Below, piece after piece: positions 1-7,331 of a stretch of 12,948 bases of DNA; position 1 is the stretch's first letter, and each line of letters opens with the position of its first letter. The DNA lies in the IMG/VR virus record IMGVR_UViG_2671180986_000009. One strand, 5' to 3'. The notes beneath the pieces were generated by a model. It had not been told where the DNA came from and ran no database searches. It saw nothing but the letters and a program-made list of their open reading frames with translations. Source of the DNA: a virus. Lineage: Duplodnaviria > Heunggongvirae > Uroviricota > Caudoviricetes. The translations under genes and the position numbers were made by a program.

Positions 1-129
1 TACGCCGGACCACCGTTCCGCCGACCAGACTCTGCAGATCTTCCGCCATCCCGGTGACCATGCCGTACAGATTAGAGACTTTAACGTTTTAGTGCACTCA
101 TTGAGTGTTTCCTGCTGTATATCCTGCAT
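1..129 (-). pseudogene. Minor tail protein L homologue (lambda gpL-like), disrupted. N-terminal 13 codons (91-129) are joined out of frame to a mid-gene segment (1-88) that runs off the window edge.
   Basis: ATG at 127-129 overlaps the M stop (TGATG) and reads MQDIQQETLNECT, matching the lambda gpL N-terminus as I recall it. After codon 13 the frame reads unrelated sequence. A different frame, opened by a TAA at 89-91, reads NVKVSNLYGMVTGMAEDLQSLVGGTVVRR, which matches lambda gpL around residues 80-108. About 65 codons of L are therefore absent and the two parts are out of frame. Confidence 0.5.
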
Positions 130-470
130 CAGTGAGTGACCTCTTCAAAGGTACAGTTAAAATCGGTATACATGGCATTATCCGAAATGCTCCACTCCCT
201 GCAGACAACCCGGACAGTCCTGTTGTGTTTTGGCGGACGCCACAAAAAAGCACGAATCCCGGCATGACGGGATAAAAAACTGTCCAGCGCGGCACGGGAA
301 TATTCATCTGTGACACGAAATACCGGTTTAAACGTTTTCAGATCCGCATTCAGACCACCAGCCCGTCGCTGTTCATATCCGTCACCAAACTTTACCGTAA
401 TAACTGATGGCTTTCGTGTCGTCTCCATCCCCTCACGGGGGATCCAGTTAAAAACTTCAGGCTCAGGCAC
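129..470 (-). CDS. Minor tail protein M (lambda gpM-like)
   Basis: The translation contains KFGDGYEQRRAGGLNADLKTF...FLWRPP...CREWS...FEEVTH, colinear with lambda gpM (VRFGDGYSQRAPAGLNANLKTY...FLWTPP...CAKWS...FEQVVN). Preferred start is GTG at 468-470, preceded by GGAGGA with about 8 nt spacing; an alternative ATG lies at 483-485. Stop TGA at 129-131. The start overlaps the tape-measure stop. Confidence 0.8.
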   Translation of the reverse strand: MPEPEVFNWIPREGMETTRKPSVITVKFGDGYEQRRAGGLNADLKTFKPVFRVTDEYSRAALDSFLSRHAGIRAFLWRPPKHNRTVRVVCREWSISDNAMYTDFNCTFEEVTH

Positions 471-3400
471 TGTACAATCCTCCATCCCGACGCGATGACT
501 GCATAATTGACACAACCCTGCTGTCGATCAGATCCACCAGTCCCCTGGCTGAGCGCGCATCTATCTCGCCATTGCTCCCTTGATTCTGAATGCTGATGTG
601 ATACACGGGAGAATAAACAAATCCACCGCCACCATTCACATTTCCAATGGCCCTGACCCCAAGAGAGCCGTCCGCTGCCCGTGTCAGTGGCATGATTGCT
701 TCAGGCCCGGCCTCGCCCATCAACCCGGCACCTTTCGCAAAAGCAAAATACGTCGGTGTATCCACAATAGTGTTACTGTAAGCACTCAGATTTGCCGATG
801 TGTAAACACCACCTTTTGCGTTTGCCACTGCCCCCGAAATCCATCCGCCGACCGTACCAAGCCACCCTCCGGCACCGGAGAGTGATTTCAGTCCGTTAAC
901 AATGGCTGCATTCATCAGAATTTTTGAAACTTCCCGGAGAACTGAACTCCCCCAGTTCCTCCAGTCCACAACATTCCCGGCCAGTGCATCGGAAATATTT
1001 GATACCAGCCCGTCCATCGTGGAAACGACAGCATCTGCCGCCTGTGAAGCATAATCGGTGGCACTGTCTGCCCAGTTGGTCAGTCCCTCCTGGAGTCCGG
1101 CATTCCAGTTATTACGTAAAGCATCGGCCTTTGCATAATAATTCTGCTGATCGCTGAGACGCTCTTCCAGATATTTTTTATTCAGTTCTTTCTCCTGTTT
1201 CCACAGGGCTTCTTCAATTTCTCCGGCCTGATACTGTCTCAGCAGCTCGTTATTTTTCTGCTCAAACGCCTGCCGGATACTCCACATTTCCTGGAGTCGT
1301 TCACGCATCCGTGAGCCTTCACCATATCCCAACAACTGCGCTTCGTCAGATGCCCGGGCACTGGCATTACTGTCCGCCAGACTGCTCTCATACGCAGCAA
1401 GCTGCTCACGAATCTTTTTCTGGTCGATGAGTGCTGCATTCTGCAAAAGCGTTTTTTTCTGCGCTTCTGACAGGGTTGATAATTCGCCCTGACTGACCTG
1501 ATATTTCATCTTAGCCAGTTCAGTATTCTGCCCTGCCAGTGCTATTTGTTCTTTTTGCTGTTTAATCAGCCGTTTATAAATATCTTCTGTTTTTTCCGCT
1601 TCGGTCTTTTTATGCGCTTTGGGTTTATTTGCCTGGTTATTTCGCCAGGCATCCAGTGAGTTATTGATATAATTCTGTCTGGCTGTCTGATATGCCTCTC
1701 CCACAAAGCCGAGATCATCCGNNNNNNNNNNNNNNNNNNNNNNNNNNNNNNNNNNNNNNNNNNNNNNNNNNNNNNNNNNNNNNNNNNNNNNNNNNNNNNN
1801 NNNNNNNNNNNNNNNNNNNNNNNNNNNNNNNNNNNNNNNNNNNNNNNNNNNNNNNNNNNNNNNNNNNNNNNNNNNNNNNNNNNNNNNNNNNNNNNNNNNN
1901 NNNNNNNNNNNNNNNNNNNNNNNNNNNNNNNNNNNNNNNNNNNNNNNNNNNNNNNNNNNNNNNNNNNNNNNNNNNNNNNNNNNNNNNNNNNNNNNNNNNN
2001 NNNNNNNNNNNNNNNNNNNNNNNNNNNNNNNNNNNNNNNNNNNNNNNNNNNNNNNNNNNNNNNNNNNNNNNNNNNNNNNNNNNNNNNNNNNNNNNNNNNN
2101 NNNNNNNNNNNNNNNNNNNNNNNNNNNNNNNNNNNNNNNNNNNNNNNNNNNNNNNNNNNNNNNNNNNNNNNNNNNNNNNNNNNNNNNNNNNNNNNNNNNN
2201 NNNNNNNNNNNNNNNNNNNNNNNNNNNNNNNNNNNNNNNNNNNNNNNNNNNNNNNNNNNNNNNNNNNNNNNNNNNNNNNNNNNNNNNNNNNNNNNNNNNN
2301 NNNNNNNNNNNNNNNNNNNNNNNNNNNNNNNNNNNNNNNNNNNNNNNNNNNNNNNNNNNNNNNNNNNNNNNNNNNNNNNNNNNNNNNNNNNNNNNNNNNN
2401 NNNNNNNNNNNNNNNNNNNNNNNNNNNNNNNNNNNNNNNNNNNNNNNNNNNNNNNNNNNNNNNNNNNNNNNNNNNNNNNNNNNNNNNNNNNNNNNNNNNN
2501 NNNNNNNNNNNNNNNNNNNNNNNNNNNNNNNNNNNNNNNNNNNNNNNNNNNNNNNNNNNNNNNNNNNNNNNNNNNNNNNNNNNNNNNNNNNNNNNNNNNN
2601 NNNNNNNNNNNNNNNNNNNNNNNNNNNNNNNNNNNNNNNNNNNNNNNNNNNNNNNNNNNNNNNNNNNNNNNNNNNNNNNNNNNNNNNNNNNNNNNNNNNN
2701 NNNNNNNNNNNNNNNNNNNNNNNNNNNNNNNNNNNNNNNNNNNNNNNNNNNNNNNNNNNNNNNNNNNNNNNNNNNNNNNNNNNNNNNNNNNNNNNNNNNN
2801 NNNNNNNNNNNNNNNNNNNNNNNNNNNNNNNNNNNNNNNNNNNNNNNNNNNNNNNNNNNNNNNNNNNNNNNNNNNNNNNNNNNNNNNNNNNNNNNNNNNN
2901 NNNNNNNNNNNNNNNNNNNNNNNNNNNNNNNNNNNNNNNNNNNNNNNNNNNNNNNNNNNNNNNNNNNNNNNNNNNNNNNNNNNNNNNNNNNNNNNNNNNN
3001 NNNNNNNNNNNNNNNNNNNNNNNNNNNNNNNNNNNNNNNNNNNNNNNNNNNNNNNNNNNNNNNNNNNNNNNNNNNNNNNNNNNNNNNNNNNNNNNNNNNN
3101 NNNNNNNNNNNNNNNNNNNNNNNNNNNNNNNNNNNNNNNNNNNNNNNNNNNNNNNNNNNNNNNNNNNNNNNNNNNNNNNNNNNNNNNNNNNNNNNNNNNN
3201 NNNNNNNNNNNNNNNNNNNNNNNNNNNNNNNNNNNNNNNNNNNNNNNNNNNNNNNNNNNNNNNNNNNNNNNNNNNNNNNNNNNNNNNNNNNNNNNNNNNN
3301 NNNNNNNNNNNNNNNNNNNNNNNNNNNNNNNNNNNNNNNNNNNNNNNNNNNNNNNNNNNNNNNNNNNNNNNNNNNNNNNNNNNNNNNNNNNNNNNNNNNN

Positions 3401-4049
3401 NNNNNNNNNNNNNNNNNNNNNNNNNNNNNNNNNNNNNNNNNNNNNNNNNNNNNNNNNNNNNNNNNNNNNNNNNNNNNNNNNNNNNGTGATCACCGAACTG
3501 GCTTCTGCTGTACTGGCACCGGATAATTTCAGGCCCGTGGAGATCGCCTCGGTGACNNNNNNNNNNNNNNNNNNNNNNNNNNNNNNNTTTCAGTACCTCC
3601 TCAGAACTGTAACCATACTCCCGCATGGAAGCTGCAGAGCGGGCAAAAAGGCTGGCGTTATCAGAAAAAGCCGTCCCCGTTCTCTGGCTGATCGCCATTA
3701 ATTCACGCTGTGATGACTGAAAATCATCACTGGACTGTGAGGCCTGCTTCAGACGGGCATTTACTGAATTCCACTCATCGGCGAGAGAAATAAGATGACC
3801 GGTAGCAAAAGCCCCGGCAAATGCCCCCGCCATGTTCAGTGCCGAAGATTTAGCTGTATTTATCTGATCCGTCACTTCTGCCAGTGCACGCCGCATTTCA
3901 CGGGATGCAGCAGCGGACTGTCGGCCTCCGTTCTGCATGGTACGGTAGTAATCCTGCCCCATACGCGAAGCCCGGGAGATCTCTGACTGGAATGACCGGG
4001 AATTTGCCGAGATTTTAATAATCAGTTCACGTAATGTCGCCACACTCAT
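463..4049 (-). CDS. Tail tape measure protein (lambda gpH-like); interior largely N-masked
   Basis: N-terminal segment from ATG 4047-4049 reads MSVATLRELIIKIS...; unmasked island 3486-3556 reads VTEAISTGLKLSGASTAEASSVI; C-terminal 413 aa (463-1704) is coiled-coil rich and ends ...RRDGGLYSA, resembling the lambda gpH C-terminus (...RDGGLFSGGGR). The three unmasked pieces lie in different coordinate frames, so continuity across the masks cannot be verified. Confidence 0.75.
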
Positions 4050-4059
4050 TCTCCGGACG

Positions 4060-4081
4060 AAAAAAAACCGCCGAAGCGGTT
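4060..4081 (-). terminator. Intrinsic (rho-independent) terminator between the G-T gene and the tape measure gene
   Basis: Minus strand reads AACCGC-TTCG-GCGGTT followed by T8: a GC-rich stem, 4-nt loop and U-tract, lying between the T stop (4090-4092) and the tape measure start (4049). Confidence 0.6.
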
Positions 4082-4089
4082 ATGTTGAC

Positions 4090-4405
4090 TCACTGAGACA
4101 CTATTAAAAGCGCGTTTTCCAGTCCAGCAAATGGATCTGATACGCCTTCTGTCTGCTCCTTCTCCCACTGAAGAAGCGCATCATTCAGTGGCACTTTGAC
4201 CCCCTGCGCACCGTAAACAGCTGAAACAATCTGGGCAGCCCGGATATCAGCCCGTTCGTCCCCCAGCGGGCTGAACCTGTCAAATTCTGCCCACATCATG
4301 ATTTCTGATGCGGACATTTCCCGGCGTAACTCTGACAATGTGCGCCCCATCCTGAGCGCCAGCATCATCAGAAAACGCATCCCCGGAAGCGCTACTTTTT
4401 TTTAA
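4090..4405 (-). CDS. T segment of the tail assembly chaperone, expressed as a G-T fusion by -1 frameshift
   Basis: The ORF (MRFLMMLALRMGRTLSELRREMSASEIMMWAEFDR...) resembles the phage tail assembly protein T family. It lies in the -1 frame relative to the G ORF and begins immediately downstream of the A_AAA_AAG slippery site. The conventional start of this frame is blocked by a TAA just upstream of the slip site. Confidence 0.75.
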
Positions 4406-4608
4406 CCTCGCCAGCATCACTGATCAGTTCCAGAGACTGCCGAAGAAGCCGCGCANNNNNNNNNNNNNNNNNNNNNNNNNNNNNNNNNNCCGGGCCATAC
4501 ACGGCAATCACCTGTTCACGATCATCCACTGAAAATACAGGTTGCAGTCCGGTATCACACAGAACATCGATGAACAGTTCAACATCCGCTTCCAGATTTC
4601 GGCGGGCG
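4392..4608 (-). CDS. Tail assembly chaperone G (lambda gpG-like); partial, N-terminus masked, 34-nt internal mask
   Basis: Only one minus-strand frame is open on each side of the 4456-4489 mask and it is the same coordinate frame: ARRNLEADVELFIDVLCDTGLQPVFSVDDREQVIAVYGP...ARLLRQSLELISDAGEVKKK*, with TAG at 4392-4394. Position between the major tail and tape measure genes and the frameshift site support the call. Confidence 0.7.
4395..4401 (-). promoter_or_regulatory. Programmed -1 ribosomal frameshift slippery heptamer A_AAA_AAG (G to G-T)
   Basis: Minus strand reads GTT AAA AAA AAG TAG at the end of the G frame (run of 8 A's at 4396-4403). Slipping back one base puts the ribosome in the T frame (..K K V A L P G M R F L..). 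The position at the 3' end of G, just before its stop, is as expected for tail chaperone frameshifting. Confidence 0.75.
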
Positions 4609-4843
4609 NNNNNNNNNNNNNNNNNNNNNNNNNNNNNNNNNNNNNNNNNNNNNNNNNNNNNNNNNNNNNNNNNNNNNNNNNNNNNNNNNNNNNNNNNNNN
4701 NNNNNNNNNNNNNNNNNNNNNNNNNNNNNNNNNNNNNNNNNNNNNNNNNNNNNNNNNNNNNNNNNNNNNNNNNNNNNNNNNNNNNNNNNNNNNNNNNNNN
4801 NNNNNNNNNNNNNNNNNNNNNNNNNNNNNNNNNNNNNNNNNNN

Positions 4844-5542
4844 GACGGTAACAGTGCAGGAAGTAGAGGTCACCTTGTTAACAGGACTTGCTGAATCAGA
4901 AATCTCGCAGGTATACGCACCGGCATCACCGGATGCTGCTGATGCCTTACTGAACGTTGCCGCCGTCTGTCCGGAAACAGGAGAACCACCTTTTTTCCAG
5001 GCATAAGAATAAGGCGGCACACCACCCGCAGCCTCAACCGCCATTTCAAGTTTCGCTCCGGAAGAAACCCGCAGCGTGCTTTTTAAATCGACCTTCACTT
5101 TCAGCGGCTCTGTCGTCAGCACAGGTTTACCTTTCAGGCGCAGAGAAAACGTTGCAGCCACAACACCATTGGTTCCTGCAGACCAGGTATGCTGACGCAC
5201 CTCTGCCATAAAGGTAAATCCGTTGCCTGACGGAAAAATAACTTTAAAGCCATACGTGGTGTCATTGTCATAGGCACTGCGCAACGCGTTCTGGGCAGCA
5301 TTCAGATAAAAGTTGCCTGACATGGAAATCTCTGAAGCAGCCCCAAGGCCGTTAATATTTTCCTGCTCAACAGAACACAGCGTGGTGACATCAATATCCT
5401 GCTTTTGTCCTGCGGTAAACTGCACCTCTTTGATTGTACAGCTCAGGCCAAGATAGCTGGCAGAATCCAGGGTTTCTGCTGTTACCGGTGCAGACGAAAT
5501 CATAATTTTCGTCAGTTGCGAACGCTCAAAATTAGAGGACAT
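4844..5542 (-). CDS. Major tail (tube) protein, lambda gpV-like with Ig-like C-terminal region; C-terminus masked
   Basis: ATG at 5540-5542 is preceded by AGGAG with about 7 nt spacing. Translation MSSNFERSQLTKIMISSAPVTAETL... continues to an Ig-like stretch (...PPYSYAWKKGG...GAYTCEISD...TVTV) before entering the 4609-4843 mask. Position is immediately upstream of G/G-T. Confidence 0.75.
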
Positions 5543-5560
5543 ACTCGTCTCCTGAAAATA

Positions 5561-5579
5561 AAAAAACCCGCCAGCGGCG
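5561..5579 (-). terminator. Terminator-like hairpin plus T-tract just upstream of the major tail gene (partly masked)
   Basis: Minus strand reads CGCC-GCT-GGCG-GG followed by TTTTTTTATTTT, then the AGGAG ribosome-binding site of the major tail gene. The stem may extend into the 5580-5610 mask. Confidence 0.35.
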
Positions 5580-5636
5580 NNNNNNNNNNNNNNNNNNNNN
5601 NNNNNNNNNNGCGGGTGGGTAAAATCATTAATGACC

Positions 5637-5733
5637 TCAGGCTATTACCTGGAATTCAAGCGTGGCTCTGCTCAGACGGGAGTCAGGATCATAACCCTGC
5701 GCTTTAGAAATAACGGAGGGTGCCAGTTTTCTT
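5637..5733 (-). CDS. C-terminal end of a tail completion / tail terminator-like protein (gene immediately upstream of the major tail gene); remainder masked
   Basis: Open minus-strand frame ending ...RKLAPSVISKAQGYDPDSRLSRATLEFQVIA* with TGA at 5637-5639. Function is inferred only from position in the lambdoid gene order. The 6017-6039 island contains a possible ATGA stop/start junction (TGA 6033-6035, ATG 6034-6036) that may be its start. Confidence 0.4.
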
Positions 5734-6857
5734 NNNNNNNNNNNNNNNNNNNNNNNNNNNNNNNNNNNNNNNNNNNNNNNNNNNNNNNNNNNNNNNNNNN
5801 NNNNNNNNNNNNNNNNNNNNNNNNNNNNNNNNNNNNNNNNNNNNNNNNNNNNNNNNNNNNNNNNNNNNNNNNNNNNNNNNNNNNNNNNNNNNNNNNNNNN
5901 NNNNNNNNNNNNNNNNNNNNNNNNNNNNNNNNNNNNNNNNNNNNNNNNNNNNNNNNNNNNNNNNNNNNNNNNNNNNNNNNNNNNNNNNNNNNNNNNNNNN
6001 NNNNNNNNNNNNNNNNTCATCAATAGCCTGATTCATTCGNNNNNNNNNNNNNNNNNNNNNNNNNNNNNNNNNNNNNNNNNNNNNNNNNNNNNNNNNNNNN
6101 NNNNNNNNNNNNNNNNNNNNNNNNNNNNNNNNNNNNNNNNNNNNNNNNNNNNNNNNNNNNNNNNNNNNNNNNNNNNNNNNNNNNNNNNNNNNNNNNNNNN
6201 NNNNNNNNNNNNNNNNNNNNNNNNNNNNNNNNNNNNNNNNNNNNNNNNNNNNNNNNNNNNNNNNNNNNNNNNNNNNNNNNNNNNNNNNNNNNNNNNNNNN
6301 NNNNNNNNNNNNNNNNNNNNNNNNNNNNNNNNNNNNNNNNNNNNNNNNNNNNNNNNNNNNNNNNNNNNNNNNNNNNNNNNNNNNNNNNNNNNNNNNNNNN
6401 NNNNNNNNNNNNNNNNNNNNNNNNNNNNNNNNNNNNNNNNNNNNNNNNNNNNNNNNNNNNNNNNNNNNNNNNNNNNNNNNNNNNNNNNNNNNNNNNNNNN
6501 NNNNNNNNNNNNNNNNNNNNNNNNNNNNNNNNNNNNNNNNNNNNNNNNNNNNNNNNNNNNNNNNNNNNNNNNNNNNNNNNNNNNNNNNNNNNNNNNNNNN
6601 NNNNNNNNNNNNNNNNNNNNNNNNNNNNNNNNNNNNNNNNNNNNNNNNNNNNNNNNNNNNNNNNNNNNNNNNNNNNNNNNNNNNNNNNNNNNNNNNNNNN
6701 NNNNNNNNNNNNNNNNNNNNNNNNNNNNNNNNNNNNNNNNNNNNNNNNNNNNNNNNNNNNNNNNNNNNNNNNNNNNNNNNNNNNNNNNNNNNNNNNNNNN
6801 NNNNNNNNNNNNNNNNNNNNNNNNNNNNNNNNNNNNNNNNNNNNNNNNNNNNNNNNN

Positions 6858-6913
6858 CGGGCGGTGGTGACATTCAGAATAATTACGCGATCACGTAATC
6901 TGCCCGCCTGCAT
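6858..6913 (-). CDS. Head-tail adaptor / head closure protein, N-terminus only (rest masked)
   Basis: ATG at 6911-6913 is preceded by GGAGGAG with about 5 nt spacing, and overlaps the connector gene stop. Reads MQAGRLRDRVIILNVTTA, a typical N-terminus of HK97-type head-tail joining proteins. Confidence 0.5.
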
Positions 6914-6921
6914 GTCTCCTC

Positions 6922-7255
6922 CTACAAAGGAATAAAACGATAAGGCTCCAGCAGAGAAGAAAAACCAAACGGGACTGGTGCCTTGCTGACATCTGAGGAA
7001 TTTTCCCGGTTTTCGTACCAGTGCCCGACCAGCAACATGAGCGCCAGCAAAACATCATCAGCTATAAGCACCCCTTCAGGATCACCTTCCGGCACCGTCT
7101 CCTCATAAAGCTTACGGTTGATAAAATTTTCTGCCTTGCGGCAGGCAGCCCGGAAATACAGCATCAGNNNNNNNNNNNATCAGTAACTCATCATCAGTTG
7201 CATCATCTGTATCAATACGGCACTGCGCCCTGAGTTTTTCCACTATTGCTGCCAT
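6922..7255 (-). CDS. gp6-like head-tail connector protein; contains an 11-nt mask across which the reading frame changes
   Basis: ATG at 7253-7255 is preceded by AGGAG. N-terminal part reads MAAIVEKLRAQCRIDTDDATDDELL. After the 7168-7178 mask the family-like sequence continues in another frame (LMLYFRAACRKAENFINRKLYEETVPEGDPEGVLIADDVLLALMLLVGHWYENRE...PYRFIPL*), with TAG at 6922-6924. Confidence 0.65.
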
Positions 7256-7287
7256 CAGAAACTCCTGCCCGCAACACTGTGCGGGCA

Positions 7288-7310
7288 TAAAAAAACCGCG
7301 TCGGCGCGGT
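7288..7310 (-). terminator. Intrinsic terminator immediately downstream of the major capsid gene
   Basis: Minus strand reads ACCGCG-CCGA-CGCGGT (6-bp perfect stem) followed by TTTTTTTA, about 20 nt after the capsid stop TAA (7332-7334). A second perfect 7-bp hairpin (GCCCGCA...TGCGGGC, 7267-7286) sits directly upstream of the connector ribosome-binding site. Confidence 0.6.
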
Positions 7311-7331
7311 CTGTAACTGAACAACGAGTGG

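Noticed and set aside
98-316. Minus-strand 72-aa ORF overlapping the M gene in another frame
   Set aside because: It lies entirely inside the well-supported M coding sequence and is low-complexity with no ribosome-binding site. The real downstream gene (L remnant) starts at 127-129 in a different frame.
1692-3701. Very long plus-strand ORF (669 aa) and the minus-strand ORFs 1715-3493 and 1566-4049 running through the large N block
   Set aside because: They are open only because N codons translate as X. The ends of 1566-4049 (the tail ...RMISALWERHIRQ... and the island reading HRGDLHGPEIIRC...) are out-of-frame read-through, not real protein.
4090-4380. T ORF as an independently initiated gene starting at the ATG at 4378-4380
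   Set aside because: That ATG has no ribosome-binding site, the frame is closed by a TAA just upstream, and the ORF is in the -1 frame of G immediately after an A_AAA_AAG heptamer. Expression as a G-T frameshift fusion is the better explanation.
4508-4609. C-terminal tail of the 4508-5542 ORF (PAEIWKRMLNCSSMFCVIPDCNLYFQWMIVNR) as the end of the major tail protein
   Set aside because: This frame is reached only by reading through the 235-nt mask. The only frame open on both sides of the next mask is the other one, encoding chaperone G (ARRNLEADVELFIDVLCDTGLQPVF...), so the tail-tube stop must lie inside the mask.
5631-6026. Plus-strand ORF MTSGYYLEFKRGSAQTGVRIITLRF... beginning at 5631
   Set aside because: It overlaps, antisense, the C-terminus of the minus-strand gene ending at 5637 and is otherwise made of masked N codons, so there is no independent support.
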